Positions 43,785 to 53,111 of a stretch of 64,000 nucleotides of DNA are shown one piece after another (within the stretch, counting starts at the first letter, position 1; every line of letters begins with the position of its first letter). The notes below the pieces were generated by a model, which was given only the letters and a program-made list of their open reading frames with translations, was not told the DNA's origin and made no database searches. The DNA comes from Methylocystis sp. (GTDB taxonomy: Bacteria > Pseudomonadota > Alphaproteobacteria > Rhizobiales > Beijerinckiaceae), in the NCBI GenBank assembly GCA_035319645.1, contig DATHCI010000119.1, positions 32,401 to 96,400 on the forward strand, read 5' to 3'. Made by a program: the position numbers and the translations under genes.

Positions 43785-46661
43785 ATGAGCATCGTCAAAG
43801 AAATCGACTACGGAACGCCGCTGTCCCTGTCTCAAAATATGGTGACGCTGACGATCGACGGGGAGAGCGTCACCGTGCCTGAGGGCACGTCGATCATGCG
43901 CGCCGCGATGGAGATCGGAACCGAGATCCCGAAGCTCTGCGCGACCGACAGCATCAAGGCTTTCGGCTCGTGCCGCCTCTGCCTCGTCGAGATCGAGGGA
44001 CGCGGCGGCACGCCGGCCTCCTGCACGACGCCCGTTGCGGCCGGCATCAAGGTGCATACCCAAACGCCGCGGCTGAAGGCGCTTCGCCGCGGCGTCATGG
44101 AGCTGTATATCTCCGACCATCCGCTCGACTGCCTGACCTGCGCCGCCAACGGCGACTGCGAACTTCAGGATATGGCGGGCGCGGTCGGCCTGCGCGACGT
44201 GCGCTATGGCTATGACGGCGCCAATCACGTCTTCGCGCGCAATGACGGCGCGGCCAATTTCAACTGGCTGCCGAAGGACGAGTCGAACCCCTACTTCACC
44301 TATGATCCCGCGAAATGCATCGTCTGCAACCGCTGCGTCCGCGCCTGCGAGGAGGTGCAGGGCACCTTCGCGCTGACGATCTCCGGCCGCGGCTTTGGCA
44401 GCCGCGTGTCGCCCGGCATGTCGGAAGCCTTCATGGAGTCGGAATGCGTCTCCTGCGGCGCCTGCGTGCAGGCCTGTCCGACGGCGACTCTGACCGAGAC
44501 CTCGATCATCGCCATCGGCCAGCCGGAGCATTCCGCGGTCACGACCTGCGGCTATTGCGGCGTCGGATGCACCTTCAAGGCCGAGATGCGCGGCGAGGAA
44601 ATCGTCCGCATGGTCCCCTGGAAGGACGGCAAGGCCAATCATGGCCACAGCTGCATCAAGGGTCGCTTCGCCTATGGCTATGCGCATCACAAGGACCGCA
44701 TCCTCGAGCCGATGATCCGCGAGTCGATAAACGAGCCGTGGCGCGTCGTCTCCTGGGAGGAGGCGATCGGCTTCACGGCCCGGCGGTTCAGGGAGATCCA
44801 GGCCAAATACGGCAAGAACTCCGTCGGCGTCATCACCTCCTCGCGCTGCACCAATGAGGAGAGCTATCTCGTGCAGAAGCTCGCGCGCGCGGGCTTCCGC
44901 AACAACAACACCGACACCTGCGCGCGCGTCTGCCATTCGCCGACCGGCTACGGGCTCAACCAGGCCTTCGGCACCTCGGCGGGCACGCAGGACTTCGACT
45001 CGGTCGACGACTCCGACGTCATCGTCGTCATCGGCGCCAATCCGACCGACGCGCATCCCGTTTTCGGCTCGCGCATGAAGAAGCGGCTGCGCGAGGGCGC
45101 GAAGCTGATCGTCATCGACCCGCGCCGCATCGACCTCGTGCGCTCGCCGCACATCAAGGCCGACTATCACCTGGCGCTGCAGCCCGGGACCAACGTCGCC
45201 GTCGTCACCGCCCTGGCGCATGTGATCGCGACCGAGGGGCTCGTCGACGAGGACTTCGTGCGCGCGCGCTGCGACTGGGACGAATATCAGGACTGGAAGG
45301 CCTTCGTTTCCGAGGAGCGCCACAGCCCCGAGGCGGTCGAAAAGCTCACCGGAGTCCCCGCCGCCGACCTGCGCGCCGCGGCGCGTCTCTACGCCACGGG
45401 CGGCGACGCCGCAATCTACTATGGTCTCGGCGTCACCGAGCACAGCCAGGGCTCGACGACGGTCATGGGCATCGCCAATCTCGCCATGGCGACCGGCAAT
45501 CTCGGGCGTCGCGGCGTGGGGGTGAACCCGCTGCGCGGCCAGAACAATGTCCAGGGATCCTGCGACATGGGCTCCTTCCCGCACGAGCTGCCGGGCTATC
45601 GCCACATCTCCAACGAGGCGGTGCGCAAGGAGTTCGAGGCCGAATGGGGCGTCGAGCTCGATCCGGAACCAGGCCTCCGCATCCCCAATATGTTCGACGC
45701 GGCGGTCGATGGGACCTTCAAGGGCCTCTATGTCCAGGGCGAGGACATTCTGCAGTCCGACCCCGACACCAAGCACGTCTCTGCCGGCCTCGCGGCCATG
45801 GAGCTCGTCGTGGTGCAGGACCTCTATCTCGTCGAGACGGCGAATTACGCGCATGTGTTCCTGCCCGGCGCCACCTTCCTGGAGAAGGACGGCACGTTCA
45901 CCAACGCCGAGCGGCGCATCCAGCGCGTGCGCAAGGTCATGAGTCCGAAGAACGGCTATGGCGACTGGGAGATCACCCAGATGATCGCCAAGGCCATGGG
46001 CCTGAGCTGGAGCTATGCGCACCCAAGCGAGATCATGGACGAGATCGCGCGGCTCACGCCAAGCTTCGCGGGCGTGTCGTTCAAGCATCTCGACGAGGCG
46101 GGCTCGGTGCAGTGGCCTTGCAACGAAGCGCATCCGGACGGCGTGCCGATCATGCACATCGGCAGCTTCGCACGCGGCAAGGGCAAGTTCGTCATCACGG
46201 AATATGTGCCGACGAGCGAGAAGACCGGGCCGCGCTTCCCGCTGCTGCTGACGACCGGGCGGATCCTGTCCCAGTATAACGTCGGGGCGCAGACGCGCCG
46301 GACCGAGAACAGCAGCTGGCATCCAGAGGACGTGCTGGAGATCCACCCGCACGACGCCGAGCTGCGCGGGATCAAGGACGGCGACTGGGTGCGCGTGCAA
46401 AGCCGCGTGGGCGAGGCCTCGATGCATGCCCTCGTCACCGAGCGCGTCGCGCCCGGCGTCGTCTACACGACCTTCCACCACCCCAAGACTCAGGCGAACG
46501 TCATCACGACCGACAATTCGGACTGGGCGACCAATTGTCCCGAATATAAGGTCACGGCGGTGCAGGTGACGCCGACGAACGGGCCTTCCGAGTGGCAGAA
46601 CCAGTATCAGGAGCTTTCGGACGCGAGCCGGCGCATCGCCAACGCCGTGCCGGCGGAATGA
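43785..46661 (+). CDS. fdsA: NAD-dependent formate dehydrogenase alpha subunit (Mo-bisPGD, Cys ligand)
   Basis: N-terminal Fe-S motifs, CGYCGVGC, CARVCH, LRGQNNVQG, PEYK. Confidence 0.97.
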   Translation: MSIVKEIDYGTPLSLSQNMVTLTIDGESVTVPEGTSIMRAAMEIGTEIPKLCATDSIKAFGSCRLCLVEIEGRGGTPASCTTPVAAGIKVHTQTPRLKALRRGVMELYISDHPLDCLTCAANGDCELQDMAGAVGLRDVRYGYDGANHVFARNDGAANFNWLPKDESNPYFTYDPAKCIVCNRCVRACEEVQGTFALTISGRGFGSRVSPGMSEAFMESECVSCGACVQACPTATLTETSIIAIGQPEHSAVTTCGYCGVGCTFKAEMRGEEIVRMVPWKDGKANHGHSCIKGRFAYGYAHHKDRILEPMIRESINEPWRVVSWEEAIGFTARRFREIQAKYGKNSVGVITSSRCTNEESYLVQKLARAGFRNNNTDTCARVCHSPTGYGLNQAFGTSAGTQDFDSVDDSDVIVVIGANPTDAHPVFGSRMKKRLREGAKLIVIDPRRIDLVRSPHIKADYHLALQPGTNVAVVTALAHVIATEGLVDEDFVRARCDWDEYQDWKAFVSEERHSPEAVEKLTGVPAADLRAAARLYATGGDAAIYYGLGVTEHSQGSTTVMGIANLAMATGNLGRRGVGVNPLRGQNNVQGSCDMGSFPHELPGYRHISNEAVRKEFEAEWGVELDPEPGLRIPNMFDAAVDGTFKGLYVQGEDILQSDPDTKHVSAGLAAMELVVVQDLYLVETANYAHVFLPGATFLEKDGTFTNAERRIQRVRKVMSPKNGYGDWEITQMIAKAMGLSWSYAHPSEIMDEIARLTPSFAGVSFKHLDEAGSVQWPCNEAHPDGVPIMHIGSFARGKGKFVITEYVPTSEKTGPRFPLLLTTGRILSQYNVGAQTRRTENSSWHPEDVLEIHPHDAELRGIKDGDWVRVQSRVGEASMHALVTERVAPGVVYTTFHHPKTQANVITTDNSDWATNCPEYKVTAVQVTPTNGPSEWQNQYQELSDASRRIANAVPAE

Positions 46662-47491
46662 CGCCGCTATTGCCGACGCCGAGCGTCAAGGTTCCCTGTC
46701 TCGCCCGCCGCAACGACAACGTAGCGGCGGGCGCGCGCATCATACCCGAGGAAACGCCGATCGCTTTCACCTATGGCGGAACCACGCATGCGGTGATGAT
46801 GGCGACGCCTGCGGATCTCGAGGACTTCGCGATCGGCTTCGCGCTGACTGAGGGGCTGATCCAGGCTGACGCAGCGGCTCTCGATGTCGAGGTCGTCGAG
46901 AGCGAGCTCGGGATCGAATTGCGCAGCTGGCTGCCGGGCGAAGGCCAGCAGCGTTACGCCGAACGGCGCCGCTCGATGGCCGGGCCGACGGGGTGCGGAC
47001 TCTGTGGCGTGGAGAGCCTGGAGCAGGCGACGCGGGAGCCGCCGAAGGTGAAAAGCGATCTGCGGGTGAATGCGCAGGCGCTGGTCGCCGCGATGGAGCG
47101 GCTGCCTTCCTTGCAAGTGATCAATCGGGAGACGCGCGCCGTGCATGGAGCGGCGTTTTGGCGGCCTTCAACCGGCGCGATGATCCTGCGGGAGGACGTG
47201 GGTCGCCACAATGCGCTGGACAAGCTCGCCGGCGCGCTCGTGCGGCAAGGCCTCGGGGGGGCAGGCGGTGTGGTGCTCATGACGAGCCGCGTTTCCGTGG
47301 AGCTCGTGCAGAAGGCGGCGCGCATCGGCGCGCCGATCCTGGCGGCGATCTCGGCGCCGACGGCGCTCGCCTTGCGCACGGCCGAGAGTTGCGGCATGAC
47401 GCTCGTCGCGGTGATGCGCGGACGCGATTTCGAGGTCTTCACTCATCCTGCGCGAATAGAGGAACAGGCGAGCACTCATGGCGTCGCATAG
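46658..47491 (+). CDS. fdsC: Formate dehydrogenase sulfurtransferase FdsC/FdhD
   Basis: MMATP.DLEDFA.GF, CGLCG, EDVGRHNALDKL. Confidence 0.95.
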   Translation: MTPLLPTPSVKVPCLARRNDNVAAGARIIPEETPIAFTYGGTTHAVMMATPADLEDFAIGFALTEGLIQADAAALDVEVVESELGIELRSWLPGEGQQRYAERRRSMAGPTGCGLCGVESLEQATREPPKVKSDLRVNAQALVAAMERLPSLQVINRETRAVHGAAFWRPSTGAMILREDVGRHNALDKLAGALVRQGLGGAGGVVLMTSRVSVELVQKAARIGAPILAAISAPTALALRTAESCGMTLVAVMRGRDFEVFTHPARIEEQASTHGVA

Positions 47492-47756
47492 CACCGTCGA
47501 TACGCTGGTGAAGATGGCCAATCAGATCGGCGATTTCTTCAACGCGCAACGCGGCGATCAGGTCGCCGGCGTCGCGGAGCACATCACCAAGTTCTGGGAC
47601 CCGCGCATGCGCGCCGGCATCATCGACTATGTGCGCCAGGGCGGCGAGGGTCTGAGCCCCCTTGCTCTGGAGGCCGTGAAACGGATCGCCGAGGGCGCGA
47701 AGCACACGAACACCGATCACGGCCACCATCAGCACGGCGAGAACGCCGACGGCTGA
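47478..47756 (+). CDS. fdsD: Formate dehydrogenase delta subunit with His-rich tail
   Basis: LVKMANQIGDFF, HITKFWDPRMR; C-terminal HTNTDHGHHQHG. Confidence 0.93.
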   Translation: MASHSTVDTLVKMANQIGDFFNAQRGDQVAGVAEHITKFWDPRMRAGIIDYVRQGGEGLSPLALEAVKRIAEGAKHTNTDHGHHQHGENADG

Positions 47757-47789
47757 GGCCTCGAAACGGCTGACGCCGAGCGGTGGGCA

Positions 47790-48195
47790 TTCTCTCCCCT
47801 GCGTTCGGAGCGCGCCGGCAGGATGCGCCTGATCCTGTCCACGCCCTCAGCCCCGACCGAAGACTAAGTTTTGTTGAGCGTCGCTTCGACGAGCCGCTCC
47901 ATCTGCGCCTCGTCGAGGCCGAGATTTGCGAGCTTTCCCGCCAGTCTGTTGAGGCCGGCGCGACCGTGGCCCATGAAGCTCGTCAACCCTTCGATCGCCT
48001 GCGCGACGCCGCCGTCCCCCGTCGCTGCGGCTGCGGCCACCGCTTCGCGGCCTCCGGGGTCTTGTCGATATATTCGCCCACGCGCCCCTCGGGAGCCTTG
48101 CTGTCCAGGAACAGCAGAACATGTCGGATCGCCGCTTTGGCGATCGCCGGACCCAGTCCGGCCGCCTTCGCGATCTCGCTTGTCGGCTCGTCCAT
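47790..48195 (-). pseudogene. Pseudogene of a small helical protein (DUF2267/DUF2780-like)
   Basis: MDEPTSEIAKAAGL...YIDKTP, then a -1 frameshift in the C4 run at 48056-48059, then GGREAVAAAA...LAGKLANLGLDEAQM..., TAG at 47864-47866, then VGAEGVDRIRRILP. The 3' end is approximate. Confidence 0.7.
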
Positions 48196-48404
48196 TCGCA
48201 TGGCTCCATTTTTACGGGCGAGGAAAATAGAGTTAACGCGTCCGGGAATGGTCTCAACGGCGAGGCGCGGGTCACCGTTGCTGACAAGTGACCGCGCAAG
48301 CCACATCTGCGCGACTTCGACTGTGGGCTTATACTCTGGTTTACGCCCCACGCCGCCGCAAACTCTGCGCCGGGCAGCCGAACCAACGTCGAGGAAAAGT
48401 CGGC

Positions 48405-48920
48405 TCAAAACGGGATGTCGTCGTCGAGCTGATCCGACAGACGCCCGCCGCCGGATGGCGCGGGAGCGCGCTCGCCGCCGACGCGCTCCATCGGCGACGA
48501 ACGCCCGAAGCTGCCGCCTCCGCCGCCATAGCCGATCTGGTCGTAGTCGCCTTCGCCGCGACCGCCGCCCTTGCTGTCGAGCAGCGTGAGCTCTCCGCGA
48601 AAACGGTTCAGCACGACGTCCGTCGCCTTGCGCTGATTGCCGTCCTTATCGGTGTATTCGCGCGTCGCGAGTTGCCCCTCGAGATAGACCTTCGAGCCCT
48701 TGCGGCAATATTGCTCAGCGATCTTGCCGAGGTTTTCATTGAAGATCGTGATGTTGTGCCACTCGGTGCGCTCGCGGCGCTCGCCGGTGTTCTTGTCGCG
48801 CCAGGTGTCGCTCGTGGCGACGGAGAACGACACAACGCGGTCGCCGGAAGGCAGCGTGCGCACCTCCGGATCGCGACCCAGATTGCCTATCAGAATGACT
48901 TTGTTGACGCTGCCCGCCAT
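48405..48920 (-). CDS. ssb: Single-stranded DNA-binding protein
   Basis: MAGSVNKVILIGNLGRDPE, TEWH, C-terminal DDDIPF. Confidence 0.98.
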   Translation of the reverse strand: MAGSVNKVILIGNLGRDPEVRTLPSGDRVVSFSVATSDTWRDKNTGERRERTEWHNITIFNENLGKIAEQYCRKGSKVYLEGQLATREYTDKDGNQRKATDVVLNRFRGELTLLDSKGGGRGEGDYDQIGYGGGGGSFGRSSPMERVGGERAPAPSGGGRLSDQLDDDIPF

Positions 48921-49020
48921 GACACGCTCCATTTCCCGAGTGCTTACGCGCCACTCTATCCCACCGCGCGCCCTGTGGCGTTTTGAGGTCGAGATTGTCC
49001 ACAGATGCTCGTCCCGGCTT

Positions 49021-49035
49021 GTTCGTGATATGTTC
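49021..49035 (-). promoter_or_regulatory. Alphaproteobacterial LexA (SOS) box
   Basis: GTTC-gtgatat-GTTC (GTTC-N7-GTTC) about 100 bp upstream of ssb. Confidence 0.8.
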
Positions 49036-49108
49036 TAGCAGTCCTTCTCGAGCCGCGCAAGTGATTTGAGCGTCGCGGCGGCGCCGACGCCCCTCGCGCG
49101 GCGATCGC

Positions 49109-49999
49109 CTATCGGGCGTCAAGATTCAGCCGCTTCGCCTCGGCGACGAGGGCCGCGACCACCGGAATGATCGGCTCACGCTGGGGCACGACGAGGCCGA
49201 TTTCATGCACCGCGTCGGGGTCGACGAGGGGAACGGCCTTGAGCGGCGCGGTCACGCCCAGCGTCGCCGCGAGCTTCTCCGGCATGATCGTCGCCCAGCG
49301 CCCGCTGCGCACGTGGTCATAGAGAACGATAAGCGAATTCGACTCGAGCGTGGTGTGCGGCGCGCCGCCGGCGTCGCGCATCAGCGCGTCGACGATGCGG
49401 CGATTCTGCATGTCAGGCGTCAGCAGGCAGAGCGGGATGGCGGCCACCTCGGCCCAGGTCACGCGCTCGCGCTCGGCGAGCGGATTCCCCGAAACCGTCA
49501 GCAGCAGATACCTCTCCGCGCAGAGCGGGACCGCGCGCACGCGCCCGAGCGGCTCATTGTCGAGATAGGTCAAGCCCGCGTCGATCTCGAGATTGTCGAG
49601 CATCATGAGAATGTCGTTCGAGGCCGCGGAAAGCACCTTGAACCGCACATCGGGGTGCTTCTCCTGATAGGGCCCAGTCAGCGCCGAGACGACGCCGAGG
49701 GCCGTGGGAATGACTCCGATCCGCAGCTCGCCCGACAGTCCCTCCCGCAGTGAGCGGATCTCTAGCCGCATGGCGCGGGAGTCCGCCACGATGCGCTTCG
49801 CCCACACCAGCACGCGCTCGCCTTCCTGCGTGAGGCTATGGAAGCGCGACGAGCGGTTGACGAGCAGAACGCCGAGAGTGTCCTCGAGCTGCTTGATGCT
49901 CGCCGACAGCGTAGGCTGCGTCACCCCGCAGACTTCCGCCGCGCGCGAGAAGCTGCGCTCCTTGGCGAGCGTAATGAAGAACTCCAGTTTCTCGATCAC
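49109..49999 (-). CDS. LysR family regulator of the type associated with fds operons
   Basis: GTG start, IEKLEFFITLAKERSFSRAAEVCGVTQPTLS HTH, PLCLLTPDMQNRRI; 296 aa. The 1057-aa ORF in the track is an antisense extension. Confidence 0.9.
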   Translation of the reverse strand: MIEKLEFFITLAKERSFSRAAEVCGVTQPTLSASIKQLEDTLGVLLVNRSSRFHSLTQEGERVLVWAKRIVADSRAMRLEIRSLREGLSGELRIGVIPTALGVVSALTGPYQEKHPDVRFKVLSAASNDILMMLDNLEIDAGLTYLDNEPLGRVRAVPLCAERYLLLTVSGNPLAERERVTWAEVAAIPLCLLTPDMQNRRIVDALMRDAGGAPHTTLESNSLIVLYDHVRSGRWATIMPEKLAATLGVTAPLKAVPLVDPDAVHEIGLVVPQREPIIPVVAALVAEAKRLNLDAR

Positions 50000-50134
50000 T
50001 CGTGCAATCCCGCCTTCGCGCCCGCGCCTGCGCGGGAGCCTAGCACGCCGCCGCGGCGCCCCAAACTTGATCCTGCCGGCCGCTTCGCGATAGATACCGG
50101 CCGCTCCTGGGATCAAGCAGAAGGATCGAAGGCC

Positions 50135-52093
50135 ATGACTGCTTCCGCGCTGGCGAGGAGCTTCGACTCCGCCGATGCGCTCGACCTCGGCGTCGAGCGC
50201 GCGCTCTCCGCGCTGCTGGGGTTGGGCAAGAGCGACGGGCATTGGTGCTTCGAGCTCGAGGCCGACTGCACAATCCCCGCCGAATATGTGCTCATGCGCC
50301 ACTACCGCGCCGAGCCCGTCGACGCGGCGCTCGAAGCCAAGATCGGCAATTATCTGCGCCGCATTCAGGGCGCGCATGGCGGCTGGCCGCTGTTTCAGGA
50401 CGGAGCTCTCAACATCAGCGCCAGCGTCAAGGCCTATTTCGCGCTCAAAATGATCGGCGACGACGTCGACGCGCCGCACATGGCGCGCGCGCGCGCGGCG
50501 ATTCTCGCGCATGGCGGGGCCGCCGCGACCAACGTCTTCACGCGCGCTTTGCTCGCGCTCTATGGCGAGATCCCGTGGCGCGGCGTGCCGGTCATGCCGG
50601 TCGAGATCATGCTGCTGCCGAAATGGTTCCCGTTCCACCTTGACAAGATCTCCTATTGGGGCCGCACGGTGCTCGTGCCGCTTCTGGTGCTGATGGCGAA
50701 GCGCCCCCGCGCGAAAAACCCGCTCGATCGCCACATTCCCGAACTCTTCACGATCCCGCCGGAGCAGGTTCGCGTTTGGCCGAAGGGCGAGCATCAGACC
50801 TTTCCATGGGCTGCGATCTTCGGCTTCACGGACAGGCTGCTGCGGCGCGTCGAGCCTTATTTCCCCAGGGCTGCGCGAGAGCTCGCGGTCTCGCGCGCGC
50901 AAGCGTGGACGACCGAACGCTCGAACGGCGTCGACGGCCTCGGCGCGATCTTCCCGGCGATGGTCAACAGCCTGCTCATGTATGACGTGCTTGGCGTAGC
51001 GGCCGACGATCCGTGCGTCGTCGCGGCGCGGGAGTCCATCGAGCGTCTGCTCGTCGTGCGCGATCACGAGGCCTATTGTCAGCCCTGCGTCTCGCCGGTG
51101 TGGGACACGTCTCTCGTCTGCCATGCGCTGATGGAGGCCGGCGGCGCCGAGCCGCAGGTGAAGGCGGCGCTCGACTGGCTCGCGCCCCTGCAGGTTACGG
51201 ACGTCGTGGGCGACTGGGCGGCGCAGCGGCCCGAAACGCCGCCTGGCGGCTGGGCGTTTCAATACGCCAATCCGCATTACCCCGACGTCGATGACACGGC
51301 CGTCGTCGTGACCGCCATGGACCGCTTCGCCCGAGAGACGGGCGAGGCCCCCGATAGCGAGCGCATCGCGCGCGCACGGGCCTGGATCGAGGGCATGCAG
51401 AGCAAGGACGGCGGCTGGGGCGCCTTCGACGCCGACAATTGCTACGACTATCTCAATCACATCCCCTTCGCCGATCATGGCGCGCTGCTCGACCCGCCGA
51501 CGGCGGACGTCTCGGCGCGCTGCGTCTCGATGTTGGCGCAGCTCGGCGCGACGGTCGAGGACAGCGCGACGCTCGCGCGCGGCGTGGACTATCTCGTCAA
51601 GGAGCAGACGCCGGACGGCAGCTGGTTCGGGCGCTGGGGCGCGAACTACATCTATGGAACCTGGTCGGCGCTCTGCGCGCTGAACGCCGCCGGCGTGCCG
51701 CATGATCGCGAGCCCTACCGGCGCGCGCTTGCATGGCTCGCGAAGATCCAAAACGAGGACGGCGGCTGGGGCGAGGATCTCTCGAGCTACAAGCTCGATT
51801 ATCGCGGCCACGAGCCCGCGCCGTCGACGGCCTCGCAGACCGCCTGGGCGCTGCTCGCCTACATGGCCTCGGGCGAGCCCGGCCACCCCGCGGTCGCGCG
51901 AGGCGTCGCCTATCTTCTCGCGACGCAAGCCGAGGATGGCCTTTGGGACGAGGCGCGCTTCACGGCCACGGGCTTCCCCCGCGTCTTCTATCTGCGCTAT
52001 CACGGCTATGCGAAATTCTTCCCGCTCTGGGCGCTCGCGCGCTACCGCAACTTGCGGCGAAGCAATCACAAGACGGTGGCGATGGGACTTTGA
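50135..52093 (+). CDS. shc: Squalene-hopene cyclase
   Basis: YPDVDDTA (DXDD), SPVWDT, QW repeats (QSKDGGWG, QNEDGGWG), TGFPRVFYLRY. Confidence 0.97.
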   Translation: MTASALARSFDSADALDLGVERALSALLGLGKSDGHWCFELEADCTIPAEYVLMRHYRAEPVDAALEAKIGNYLRRIQGAHGGWPLFQDGALNISASVKAYFALKMIGDDVDAPHMARARAAILAHGGAAATNVFTRALLALYGEIPWRGVPVMPVEIMLLPKWFPFHLDKISYWGRTVLVPLLVLMAKRPRAKNPLDRHIPELFTIPPEQVRVWPKGEHQTFPWAAIFGFTDRLLRRVEPYFPRAARELAVSRAQAWTTERSNGVDGLGAIFPAMVNSLLMYDVLGVAADDPCVVAARESIERLLVVRDHEAYCQPCVSPVWDTSLVCHALMEAGGAEPQVKAALDWLAPLQVTDVVGDWAAQRPETPPGGWAFQYANPHYPDVDDTAVVVTAMDRFARETGEAPDSERIARARAWIEGMQSKDGGWGAFDADNCYDYLNHIPFADHGALLDPPTADVSARCVSMLAQLGATVEDSATLARGVDYLVKEQTPDGSWFGRWGANYIYGTWSALCALNAAGVPHDREPYRRALAWLAKIQNEDGGWGEDLSSYKLDYRGHEPAPSTASQTAWALLAYMASGEPGHPAVARGVAYLLATQAEDGLWDEARFTATGFPRVFYLRYHGYAKFFPLWALARYRNLRRSNHKTVAMGL

Positions 52094-52133
52094 GCAGAGA
52101 GTCGTTGCGCCGTCCGATCGGAGATGCGGAATT

Positions 52134-53111
52134 ATGACGATTGACCGCCGGGCTTTCCTGCTTGCGGGCGCGAGCCTCCCGCTCGCCAAACTTCCCGCGT
52201 TCGCCGAGGAGGCGGAAGACGAGCTGCAGGTGCGCGTGGAGAACAACTCCGTGCCGGAGCTCTGCGCCGAGAAGGACAACATCGAGCTCGACTTCTATGC
52301 CGAGCGCCTGCGCCGCCTCCAGATTCAGGCGGTGCACCCCTCCTACATCAACATGATCGGCGTCGATCGCTGGGCCCCGGACTGGACGAGCTGCGACCTC
52401 TCGCACGACCCGAAATTCGCGGCGAATGCGAGGCGACTCACCTTCTGGGAGACGCCGGAGTTCTGGCTGACGGGCTACACGCTGCCGAGCTTCTGGCGTC
52501 CAAACAATGTGCCAGTGCGCGTCGGCGATCGCGTCGAGAACGGCTTCCACCTCGTGCAGCTGTGGATGAGCTATCGGGAGCGCGCCGAGGAAATCATGGT
52601 GTTCTATCCGCCTGACGGCTACTGGCGCGTGCGTCCCTTGCCCTTCGAAGACATGCGATGGACGGCGTACGGCTCGTCTTTCCTCGTCGGGCCGATCGAG
52701 ACCCAGTTGCGCCCGATCGTCGCTTTCGACGAGGTGGCTTTCGATCCGGAGACGCGCACGTTCACCTTGCGCTTCAAGCGCGGCGGCTCGGCGCGCATCC
52801 GGCTCGACAAGATCGACCAGGAGCACGTAGCGCTCGACGTGACCTACAGCGGGGCGATGCCCGACGGACTGCCCTTCGCCTCGCTGCGCTCGATGTACGC
52901 CTTGCAGACGATGAGCGACGCGGCGCGCGTCGCCTGGCGCACCAAACGCGGCGCGCGCTGGGAGGAGGCAGACGTTTTCGGCTTCCCTGGCGCCAATGTC
53001 ACCGAGCTTTGGATCGGGCGCCATCTGCCATCGCGCCACAATCTGTCGGCGCCGGACATGGTGTTCGGCAAGTTCAAGACCACCGCTCCGTCTCTCGCGA
53101 CCGCGCCGTGA
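52134..53111 (+). CDS. Hypothetical Tat-exported beta-rich protein
   Basis: Twin-arginine signal IDRRAFL...AFA; aromatic-rich mature region; GTGA overlap with the next gene. Confidence 0.85.
   Translation: MTIDRRAFLLAGASLPLAKLPAFAEEAEDELQVRVENNSVPELCAEKDNIELDFYAERLRRLQIQAVHPSYINMIGVDRWAPDWTSCDLSHDPKFAANARRLTFWETPEFWLTGYTLPSFWRPNNVPVRVGDRVENGFHLVQLWMSYRERAEEIMVFYPPDGYWRVRPLPFEDMRWTAYGSSFLVGPIETQLRPIVAFDEVAFDPETRTFTLRFKRGGSARIRLDKIDQEHVALDVTYSGAMPDGLPFASLRSMYALQTMSDAARVAWRTKRGARWEEADVFGFPGANVTELWIGRHLPSRHNLSAPDMVFGKFKTTAPSLATAP

Noticed and set aside
43698-46481. Long antisense ORFs (also 3077-4525, 13861-16131, 35591-37540, 61025-63901)
   Set aside because: Stop-poor shadows of well-supported genes in high-GC DNA, with no motifs or RBS.
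43785-46661. Selenocysteine in FdsA
   Set aside because: The active site reads CARVCH with Cys codons and there is no in-frame TGA.
49109-52282. 1057-aa ORF suggesting a giant LysR fusion
   Set aside because: The N-terminal ~760 aa are the antisense shadow of shc; the LysR HTH begins at GTG 49999.
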